Below, piece after piece: positions 1-11,700 of a stretch of 64,000 nt of DNA. The first letter of the stretch is position 1; the number at the start of each line of letters is the position of its first letter. The notes under the pieces were generated by a model that was not told where the DNA came from, searched no databases, and saw nothing but the letters and a program-made list of their open reading frames with translations. This DNA is from the human T2T-CHM13v2.0 reference genome, Homo sapiens: NCBI RefSeq assembly GCF_009914755.1, contig NC_060939.1; one strand, given 5' to 3'. The position numbers and the translations under genes are program-made.

Positions 1-221
1 CCGTTTTATTCCAGTCCACTGCATTCTGGTCCATTCCATTTGATTCCATTCCATTCTATTCCATTCCATACAGTTGCATTCCATTGGATTCCATTCTATA
101 TCTATAAATTCAATTCGAGACCATTGCTTTTGAGTCCATTCTATATGATTCCATTCCATTCAAGTCCATTACATCTGGTTCAATTCCATTCCATTCCATT
201 CCCTTCCATTCCATTCCATTT

Positions 222-227
222 GATATC
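222..227. other. EcoRV site (GATATC), once-per-unit landmark (first copy)
   Basis: TTGATATCAATCC or a close variant recurs once per unit. One extra private site lies at 21048-21053. Confidence 0.9.
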
Positions 228-711
228 AATCCATTCGATTCCATTCCATTCGAGGACATTCCATTCGAGTCCATTCCATTCGATGCCATTCCATTTGATT
301 CTATTCCATTAGTCTCCATTCAATTCCATTAATCTCCATTCCATTCCATTCTACTCCAACTGATTCCATTCCATTCTATTCCTTTCCATTCCATTTCATT
401 CCATTCCATTCCATTTCATTCCATTCCATTCCATTCGTGTCCATTCCACTCCAGTCCATTCCATTCGTGTCCATTCCATTCCAGTCCATTCCATTTGTGT
501 CCACTGCATTCCATTCCACTCCATTCCATATTATTCCATTACACTCCATTCCATTCTATTACTTTCATTTCCATTCAATTCCATTCCATTTGATTCCATT
601 CCACTCGGTTTCATTCCATTTGAGTCCACTCCATTCCATTCCATTCCATTCCATTCAGTTCCATTCCATTCTGTTCCATTCCATTCCGTTCCATTACATT
701 CCATTCCATTC

Positions 712-717
712 GGTACC
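712..717. other. KpnI site (GGTACC), once-per-unit landmark (first copy)
   Basis: CATTCGGTACCATTCC occurs here and at the equivalent position of later units. It is mutated to GGTAGC at 2526-2531. Confidence 0.95.
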
Positions 718-931
718 ATTCCATATTGTTCCATTCGATTCCATTCGAATCCATTCCATTCCAGTCCATTCCATTCGATTCCATTCCATTCATTTCAATT
801 CCATTCCATTCCATTCCATTACATTCCACTTGATTCCTCTCCATTCCCTTCCACTGCATTCCGTTCGATTCCATTCCATTGCATTGCATTCCATTCCATT
901 GGATTGCATTCCATTCGATTCCATTCCATTC

Positions 932-1760
932 GAATCAATTACATAGCAATCCATTACATTCGAGTCTATTCTCTTCCGTTCCATTCGATTTCGTTCCAAT
1001 CCATTCGATTCCATTCCATTCGATTCCATTCCATACTATTGCATTCCATTCGATTACATTATATTCGAATAAGTTCCATTCAAGACCATTTCTTTTGAGT
1101 CCATTCTATTTGAGTCCATTCCCTTTGATTCCATAACATTTGAGTCCATTCAATTCCATTCCTTTCGTTTCCATTCCATTTGATGCCATTCCATTCAATT
1201 CTGTTCTACTCGACTCCAATACATTCAATTCCATTCCATCCGATTCCATTACATTCTTTTCATTTCTTATCCATTTCAAGCCATTCCACTCCATTCCATT
1301 CCACTCGTTTCCTTTCCATTCGAGTCCATTCCTCTCCAGTCCATTCCGTTCAATCCATTCCATTCCAGTCCATTCCATTCGAGTCCGTTCCATTCCAGTC
1401 CATTCCATTCGAGTCAATTCCATTCCATTCGATGTCTTTCCATAACGATCCATTCCATTCTATTCCTTTCGATTCCATTCCATTCTATTTCATTCCATTC
1501 GATTCCCTTCCATTGGACTCCTTTCCATTCGAGTGCATTCCATTCCGTTCTATTTCTTTCCGTTCTGTACGATTCCTACCGTTCGATTTCATTTTGTTCC
1601 AGTCCATTCCTTTCGCGTCCATTCCATGCCATTTCACTCCATTCGATTCCATTCCACTCGATTCCACTTCGTTCCATTTCATTGCATTCCATTCTATTCA
1701 ACTCTATTGCCTTCCATTCCATTCCATTCGATTACATTCCATGCGATTCCATTCGAAATC
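932..1760 (+). repeat. Sub-unit A (~829 bp) of the 1.8 kb unit
   Basis: Begins GAATCAATTACATAGCAATCCATTAC and is homologous to the segment starting at 1761. Confidence 0.8.
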
Positions 1761-2730
1761 GAATCAATTACATTGCAATCCATTACTATTGAGTCCGTTT
1801 TATTCCAGTCCACTGCATTCTGGTCCATTCCATTTGATTCCATTCCATTCTATTCCATTCCATACAGTTGCATTCCATTGGATTCCATTCTATATCTATA
1901 AATTCAATTCGAGACCATTGCTTTTGAGTCCATTCTATATGATTCCATTCCATTCAAGTCCATTACATTTGGTTCAATTCCATTCCATTCCATTCCCTTC
2001 CATTCCATTCCATTTGATATCAATCCATTCGATTCCATTCCATTCGAGCACATTCCATTCGAGTCCATTCCATTCGATGCCATTCCATTTGATTCTATTC
2101 CATTAGTCTCCTTTCAATTCCATTAATCTCCATTCCATTCCATTCTGCTCCAACTGATTCCATTCCATTCTATTCCTTTACATTCCATTGCATTCCATTG
2201 CATTCCACTCCATTCCATTCCATTCCATACCGTTCGTGTCCATTCCACTCCAGTCCATTCCATTCGTGTCCATTCCATTCCAGTCCATTCCATTTGTGTC
2301 CACTGCATTCCATTCCACTCCATTCCATATAATTCCATTACACTCCATTCCATTCTATTACTTTCATTTCCATTCAATTCCATTCCATTTGATTCCATTC
2401 CACTCGGTTTCATTCCATTTGAGTCCATTCCATTCCATTCCATTCCATTCCATTGCATTCCATTCCTTTCCATTCAGTTCCATTCCATTCTGTTCCATTT
2501 CATTCCATTCCATTCAATTCCATTCGGTAGCATTCCATATTGTTCCATTCGATTCCATTCGAATCCATTCCATTCCAGTCCATTCCATTCGATTCCATTC
2601 CATTCCTTTCAATACCATTCCATTCCACTTAATTCCACTCCATTCCCTTCCACTGCATTCCATTCGAAACCATTCAATTGCATTGCATTCCATTCCATTG
2701 GATTTCATTCCATTCGATTCCATTCCATTC
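1761..2730 (+). repeat. Sub-unit B (~970 bp) of the 1.8 kb unit
   Basis: Begins GAATCAATTACATTGCAATCCATTAC and has landmarks colinear with sub-unit A (CCATACAGTTGC vs CCATACTATTGC; GAGACCATTGCTTTTGAGTCCATTCTAT vs AAGACCATTTCTTTTGAGTCCATTCTAT). Confidence 0.8.
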
Positions 2731-5700
2731 GAATCAATTCCATAGCAATCCATTACATTCGAGTCTATTCTATTCCGTTCCATTCGATTTCTTTCCAATG
2801 CATTCGATTCCATTCCATTCGATTCCTTTCCATACTATTGCATTCCATTCGATTAAATTATATTCGAATAAGTTCCATTCAAGACCATTTCTTTTGAGTC
2901 CATTCTATTTGAGTCCATTCCCTTTGATTCCATAACATTTGAGTCCATTCAATTCCATTCCTTTCGTTTCCATTCCATTTGATGCCATTGCATTCAGTTC
3001 TGTTCTACTCGACTCCAATACATTCAATTCCATTCTATCCGATTCCAATACATTCTTTTCATTTCGTATCCATTTCAAGCCATTCCATTCCATTCCATTC
3101 CACTCGTTTCCTTTCCATTCGAGTCCATTCCTCTCCAGTCCATTCCGTTCAATCCATTCCATTCCAGTCCATTCCATTCGAGTCCGTTCCATTCCAGTCC
3201 ATTCCATTCGAGTCAATTCCATTCCATTCGATGTCTTTCCGTAACGATCCATTCCATTCTATTCCTTTCGATTGCATTCCATTCTATTTCATTCCATTCG
3301 ATTCCCTTCCATTGGACTCCTTTCCATTCGAGTGCATTCCATTCCGTTCCATTTCTTTCCGTTCTGTACGATTCCTACCGTTCGATTTCATTTTGTTCCA
3401 GTCCATTCCTTTCGCGTCCATTCCATTCCATTTCACTCCATTCGATTCCATTCCATTCGATTCCATTCCACTCGATTCCACTTCGTTCCATTTCATTGCA
3501 TTCCATTCTATTCAACTCTATTGCCTTCCATTCCATTCCATTCGATTACATTCCATGCGATTCCATTCGAAATCGAATCAATTACATTGCAATCCATTAC
3601 TATTGAGTCCGTTTTATTCCAGTCCACTGCATTCTGGTCCATTCCATTTGATTCCATTCCATTCTATTCCATTCCATACAGTTGCATTCCATTGGATTCC
3701 ATTCTATATCTATAAATTCAATTCGAGACCATTGCTTTTGAGTCCATTCTATATGATTCCATTCCATTCAAGTACATTACATTTGGTTCAATTCCATTCC
3801 AATCCATTCCCTTCCATTCCATTCCAGTTGATATCAATCCATTCGATTCCATTCCATTCGAGCACATTCCATTCGAGTCCATTCCATTCGATGCCATTCC
3901 ATTTGATTCTATTCCATTAGTCTCCATTCAATTCCATTAATCTCCATTCCATTCCATTCTACTCCAACTGATTCCATTCCATTCTATTCCTTTCCATTCC
4001 ATTTCATTCCATTCCATTCCATTCGCTTCCATTCCATTCGTGTCCATTCCACTCCAGTCCATTCCATTCATGTCCATTCCATTCCAGTCCATTCCATTTG
4101 TGTCCACTGCATTATATTCCACTCCATTCCATATTATTCCATTACACTCCATTCCATTCTATTACTTTCATTTCCATTCAATTCCATTCCATTTGATTCC
4201 ATTCCACTCGGTTTCATTCCATTTGAGTCCATTCCATTCCATTCCATTAAATTCCATTCGGTACCATTCCATATTTTTCCATTCGATTCCATTCGAATCC
4301 ATTCCATTCCAGTCCGTTCCATTCGATTCCATTCCATTCCTTTCAATTCCATTCCATTCCATTCCATTCGACTTGAATCCACTCCATTCCCTTCCACTGC
4401 ATTCCATTCGATTCCATTCCATTGCATTGCATTCCATTCCCTTGGATTGCATTCCATTCGATTCCATTCCATTCGAATCAATTACATAGCAATCCATTAC
4501 ATTCGAGTCTATTCTATTCCGTTCCATTCGATTTCTTTCCAATCCATTCGATTCCATTCCATTCGATTCCATTCCATACTATTGCATTCCATTCGATTAA
4601 ATTATATTCGAATAAGTTCCATTCAAGACCATTTCTTTTGAGTCCATTCTATTTGAGTCCATTCCCTTTGATTCCATAACATTTGAGTCCATTCAATTCC
4701 ATTCCTTTCGTTTGCATTCCATTTGATGCCATTCCATTCAATTCTGTTCTACTCGACTCCAATACATTCAATTCCATTCCATCCGATTCCATTACATTCT
4801 TTTCATTTCTTATCCATTTCAAGCCATTCCACTCCACTCCATTCCACTCGTTTCCTTTCCATTCGAGTCCATTCCTCTCCAGTCCATTCCGTTCAATCCA
4901 TTCCATTCCAGTCCATTCCATTCGAGTTCGTTCCATTCCAATCCATTCCATTCGAGTCAATTCCATTCCATTCGATGTCTTTCCATAACGATCCATTCCA
5001 TTCTATTCCTTTCGATTCCATTCCTTTCTATTTCATTCCATTCGATTCCCTTCCATTGGACTCCTTTCCATACGAGTGCATTCCGTTCCATTCCATTTCT
5101 TTCCGTTCTGTACGATTCCTACCGTTCGATTTCATTTTGTTGCAGTCCATTCCTTTCGCGTCCATTCCATTCCATTTCACTCCATTCGATTCCATTCCAC
5201 TCGACTCAACTTCGTTCCATTTCATGCCTTTCCATTCTATTCAACTCTATTGCCTTCCATTCCATTCCATTCGATTACATTCCATGCGATTCCATTCGAA
5301 ATCGAATCAATTACATTGCAATCCATTACTATTGAGTCCGTTTTATTCCAGTCCACTGCATTCTGGTCCATTCAATTTGATTCCATTCCATTCTATTCCA
5401 TTCCATACAGTTGCATTCCATTGGATTCCATTCTATATCTATAAATTCAATTCGAGACCATTGCTTTTGAGTCCATTCTATATGATTCCATTCCATTCAA
5501 GTCCATTACATTTGGTTCAATTCCATTCCATTCCATTCCCTTCCATTCCATTCCATTTGATATCAATCCATTCGATTCCATTCCATTCGAGCACATTCCA
5601 TTCGAGTCCATTCCATTCGATGCCATTCCATTTGCTTCTATTCCATTAGTCTCCATTCAATTCCATTAATCTCAATTCCATTCCATTCTACTCCAACTGA

Positions 5701-8700
5701 TTCCATTCCATTCTATTCCTTTCCATTCCATTTCATTCCATTCCATTCCATTTCATTCCATTCCATTCCATTCGTGTCCATTCCACTCCAGTCCATTCCA
5801 TTCGTGTCCATTCCATAACAGTCCATTCCATTTGTGTCCACTGCATTCCATTCCACTCCATTCCATATTATTCCATTACACTCCATTCCATTCTATTACT
5901 TTCATTTCCATTCAATTCCATTCCATTTGATTCCATTCCACTCGGTTTCATTCCATTTGAGTCCATTCCATTCCATTCCATTAAATTCAATTCGGTACCA
6001 TTCCATATTGTTCCATTCGATTCCATTCGAATCCATTCCATTCCAGTCCGTTCCATTCGATTCCATTCCATTCCTTTCAATTCCATTCCATTCCATTCCA
6101 TTCCACTCGAATCCACTCCATTCCCTTCCACTGCATTCCATTCGATTCCATTCCATTGCATTGCATTCCATTCCCTTGGATTGCATTCCATTCGATTCCA
6201 TTCCATTCGAATCAATTACATAGCAATCCATTACATTCGAGTCTATTCTATTCCGTTCCATTCAATTTCTTTCCAATCCATTCGATTCCATTCCATTCGA
6301 TTCCATTCCATACTATTGCATTCCATTCGATTACATTATATTCGAATAAGTTCCATTCAAGACCATTTCTTTTGAGTCCATTCTATTTGAGTCCATTCCC
6401 TTTGATTCCATAACATTTGAGTCCATTCAATTCCATTCCTTTCGTTTCCATTCCATTTGATGCCATTCCATTCAATTCTGTTCTACTCGACTCCAATACA
6501 TTCAATTCCATTCCATCCGATTCCATTACATTCTTTTCATTTCTTATCCATTTCAAGCCATTCCATTCCCTTCCATTCCACTCGTTTCCTTTCCATTCGA
6601 GTCCATTCCTCTCCAGTCCATTCCGTTCAATCCATTCCATTCCAGTCCATTCCATTCGAGTCCGTTCCATTCCAATCCATTCCATTCGAGTCAATTCCAT
6701 TCCATTCGATGTCTTTCCATAACGATCCATTCCATTATATTCCTTTCGATTCCATTCCTTTCTATTTCATTCCATTCGATTCCCTTCCATTGGACTCCTT
6801 TCCATACGAGTGCATTCCGTTCCGTTCCATTTCTTTCCGTTCTGTACGATTCCTACCGTTCGATTTAATTTTCTTCCAGTCCATTCCTTTCGCGTCCATT
6901 CCATTCCATTTCACTCCATTCGATTCCATTCCACTCGACTCAACTTCGTTCCATTTCATGGCATTCCATTCTATTCAACTCTATTGCCTTCCATTCCATT
7001 CCATTCGATTACATTCCATGCGATTCCGTTCGAAATCGAATCAATTACATTGCAATCCATTACTATTGAGTCCGTTTTATTCCAGTCCACTGCATTCTGG
7101 TCCATTCCATTTGATTCCATTCCATTCTATTCCATTCCATACAGTTGCATTCCATTGGATTCCATTCTATATCTATAAATTCAATTCGAGACCATTGCTT
7201 TGGAGTCCATTCTATATGATTCCATTCCATTCAACTCCATTCCATTTGGTTCAATTCCATTCCATTTCATTCCCTTCCATTCCATTCCAGTTGATATCAA
7301 TCCATTCGATTCCATTCCATTCGATGCCATTCCATTTGATTCTATTCCATTAGTCTCCATTCAATTCCATTAATCTCCATTCCATTCCATTCTACTCCAA
7401 CTGATTCCATTCCATTCTATTCCTTTCCATTCCATTTCATTCCATTCCATTCCATTCCATTCCATTCCATTCCATTCCATTCCATTCGTGTCCATTCCAC
7501 TCCAGTCCATTCCATTCGTGTCCATTCCATTCCAGTCCATTCCATTTGTGTCCACTGCATTCCATTCCACTCCATTCCATATTATTCCATTACACTCCAT
7601 TCCATTCTATTACTTTCATTTCCATTCAATTCCATTCCATTTGATTGCATTCCACTCGGTTTCATTCCATTTGAGTCCACTCCATTCCATTCCATTCCAT
7701 TCCATTCCATTCAGTTCCATTCCATTCTGTTCCAATCCATTCCATTCCATTGCATTCCATTCCATTCGGTACCATTCCATATTGTTCCATTCGATTCCAT
7801 TCGAATCCATTCCATTCCAGTCCATTCCATTCGATTCCATTCCATTCCTTTACATTCCTTTCCATTCCATTCCTTTCCACTTGATTCCACTCCATTCCCT
7901 TCCACTGCATTCCATTCGATTCCATTCCATTGCATTGCATTCCATTCCATTGGACTGCATTCCATTCGATTCCATTCTTTTCGAATCAATTACTTAGCAA
8001 TCCATTACATTCGAGTCTATTCTATTCCGTTCCATTCGATTTCTTTCCAATCCATTCGATTCCATTCCATTCGATTCCATTCCATACTATTGCATTCCAT
8101 TCTATTACATTATATTCGAATAAGTTCCGTTCAAGACCATTTCTTTTGAGTCCATTCTATTTGAGTCCATTCCCTTTGATTCCATAACATTTGAGTCCAT
8201 TCAATTCCATTCCTTTCGTTTCCATTCCATTTGATGCCATTCCATTCAATTCTGTTCTACTCGACTCCAATACATTCAATTCCATTCCATCCGATTCCAT
8301 TACATTCTTTTCATTTCTTATCCATTTCAAGCCATTCCACTCCATTCCATTCCACTCGTTTCCTTTCCATTCGAGTCCATTCCTCTCCAGTCCATTCCGT
8401 TCAATCCATTCCATTCCAGTCCATTCCATTCGAGTCCGATCCATTCCAGTCCATTCCATTCGAGTCAATTCCATTCCATTCGATGTCTTTCCATAACGAT
8501 CCATTCCATTCTATTCCTTTCGATTCCATTCCATTCTATTTCATTCCATTCGATTCCCTTCCATTGGACTCCTTTCCATTCGAGTGCATTCCATTCCGTT
8601 CCATTTCTTTCCGTTCTGTACGATTCCTACCGTTCGATTTCATTTTGTTCCAGTCCATTCCTTTCGCGTCCATTCCATTCCATTTCACTCCATTCGATTC

Positions 8701-11700
8701 CATTCCACTCGATTCCACTTCGTTCCATTTCATTGCATTCCATTCTATTCAACTCTATTGCCTTCCATTCCATTCCATTCGATTACATTCCATGCGATTC
8801 CATTTGAAATCGAATCAATTACATTGCAATCCATTACTATTGAGTCCGTTTTATTCCAGTCCACTGCATTCTGGTCCATTCCGTTTGATTCCATTCCATT
8901 CTATTCCATTTCATACAGTTGCATTCCATTGGATTCCATTCTATATCTTTAAATTCAATTCGAGACCATTGCTTTTGAGTCCATTCTATATGATTCCATT
9001 CCATTCAATTCCATTACATTTGGTTCAATTCCATTCCATTCCATTCCCTTCCATTCCATTCCAATTGATATCAATCCATTCGATTCCATTCCATTCGAGC
9101 ACATTCCATTCGAGTCCATTCCATTCGATGCCATTCCATTTGATTCTATTCCATTAGTCTCCATTCAATTCCATTATTCTCCATTCCATTCCATTCTACT
9201 CCAACTGATTCCATTCCATTCTATTCCTTTCCATTCCATTTCATTCCATTCCATTCCATTTCATTCCATTCCATTCCATTCGTGTCCATTCCACTCCAGT
9301 CCATTCCATTCGTGTCCATTCCATTCCAGTCCATTCCATTTGTGTCCACTGCATTCCATTCCACTCCATTCCATATTATTCCATTACACTCCATTCCATT
9401 CTATTACTTTCATTTCCATTCAATTCCATTCCATTTGATTCCATTCCACTCGGTTTCATTCCATTTGAGTCCACTCCATTCCATTCCATTCCATTCCATT
9501 CACTTCCATTCCATTCTGTCCCATTCCATTCTGTTCCATTGCATTCCATTCCATTCGGTACCATTCCATATTGTTCCATTCGATTCCATTCGAATCCATT
9601 CCATTCCAGTCCATTCCATTCGATTCCATTCCATTCCTTTACATTCCATTCCATTCCATTCCATTCCATTCCATTCCACTTGATTCCACTCCATTCCCTT
9701 CCACTGCTTTCCATTCGATTCCATTCCATTGCATTGCATTCCATTCCATTGGACAGCATTCCATTCGATTCCATTCCTTTCGAATCAATTACATAGCAAT
9801 CCATTACATTCGAGTCTATTCTATTCCGTTCCATTCGATTTCGTTCCAATCCATTCGATTCCATTCCATTCGATTCCATTCCATACTATTGCATTCCATT
9901 CTATTACATTATATTCGAATAAGTTCCATTCAAGACCATTTCTTTTGAGTCCATTCTATTTGAGTCCATTCCCTTTGATTCCATAACATTTGAGTCCATT
10001 CAATTCCATTCCTTTCGTTTCCATTCCATTTGATGCCATTCCATTCAATTCTCTTCTACTCGACTCCAATACATTCAATTCCATTCCATCCGATTCCATT
10101 ACATTCTTTTCATTTCTTATCCATTTCAAGCCATTCCACTCCATTCCATTCCACTCGTTTCCTTTCCATTCGAGTCCATTCCTCTCCAGTCCATTCCGTT
10201 CAATCCATTCCATTCCAGTCCATTCCATTCGAGTCCGTTCCATTCCAGTCCATTCCATTCGAGTCAATTCCATCCCATTCGATGTCTTTCCATAACGATC
10301 CATTCCATTCTATTCCTTTCGATTCCATTCCATTCTATTTCATTCCATTCGATTCCCTTCCATTGGACTCCTTTCCATTCGAGTGCATTCCATTCCGTTC
10401 CATTTCTTTCCGTTCTGTACGATTCCTACCGTTCGATTTCATTTTGTTCCAGTCCATTCCTTTCGCGTCCATTCCATTCCATTTCACTCCATTCGATTCC
10501 ATTCCACTCGATTCCACTTCGTTCCATTTCATTGCATTCCATTCTATTCAACTCCATTGCCTTCCTTTCCATTCCATTCGATTACATTCCATGCGATTCC
10601 ATTCGAAATCGAATCAATTACATTGCAATCCATTACTATTGAGTCCGTTTTATTCCAGTCCACTGCATTCTGGTCCATTCCATTTGATTCCATTCCATTC
10701 TATTCCATTCCATACAGTTGCATTCCATTGGATTCCATTCTATATCTATAAATTCAATTCGAGATCATTGCTTTGGAGTCCATTCTATATGATTCCATTC
10801 CATTCAAGTCCATTACATTTGGTTCAATTCCATTCCATTCCATTCCCTTCCATTCCATTCCAGTTGATATCAATCCATTCGATTCCATTCCATTCGAGCA
10901 CATTCCATTCGAGTCCATTCCATTCGATGCCATTCCATTTGATTCTATTCCATTAGTCTCCATTCAAATCCATTAATCTCCATTCCATTCCATTCTACTT
11001 CAACTGATTCCATTCCATTCTATTCCTTTCCATTCCATTTCATTCCATTCCATTCCATTTCATTCCATTCCATTCCATTCGCTTCCATTCCATTCGTGTC
11101 CATTCCACTCCAGTCCATTCCATTAATGTCCATTCCATTCCAGTCCATTCCATTTGTGTCCACTGCATTCCATTCCACTCCATTCCATATTATTCCATTA
11201 CACTCCATTCCATTCTATTACTTTCATTTCCATTCAATTCCATTCCATTTGATTCCATTCCACTCGGTTTCATTCCATTTGAGTCCACTCCATTCCATTC
11301 CATTCCATTCCATTCAGTTCCATTCCATTCTGTTCCATTCCATTCCATTCCATTGCATTCCATTCCATTCGGTACCATTCCATATTGTTCCATTCGATTC
11401 CATTCGAATCCATTCCATTCCAGTCCATTCCATTCGATTCCATTCCATTCCTTTACATTCCATTCCATTCCATTCCATTCCACTTGATTCCACTCCATTC
11501 CCTTCCACTGCATTCCATTCGATTCCATTCCATTGCATTGCATTCCATTCCATTGGACTGCATTCCATTCGATTCCATTCCATTCGAATCAATTACATAG
11601 CAATCCATTACATTCGAGTCTATTCTATTCCGTTCCATTCGAATTCGTTCCAATCCATTCGATTCCATTCCATTTGATTCCCTTCCACCCTATTGCATTC

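Noticed and set aside
1064-1080. TTCGAATAAGTTCC as a heat-shock element
   Set aside because: GAA and TTC are separated by 4 bp rather than 2, and there is no run of three inverted nGAAn units.
1106-1453. Recurrent 115-aa minus-strand ORF (MDRYGKTSNGMEL...) and the MEWNG-repeat ORFs
   Set aside because: MEWNG is the direct translation of (GGAAT)n and a typical spurious-protein artefact. Its conservation follows from DNA homogenisation.
1664-1685. CTTCGTT resembling the start of a CENP-B box
   Set aside because: The downstream bases (CCATTTCATT) lack the required A..CGGG positions, and there is no 171-bp alpha-satellite period.
1180-2106. Recurrent 308-aa + strand ORF (MMPFHSILFY...) and the other SIPFH-rich ORFs in each unit
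   Set aside because: These are translations of CATTC repeats, which contain no stop codon in any frame. They have no domain-like sequence, overlap in several frames, often start at TTG/GTG, and are freely broken by frameshifts and stops (15432, 17240, 24399, 35106, 47602).
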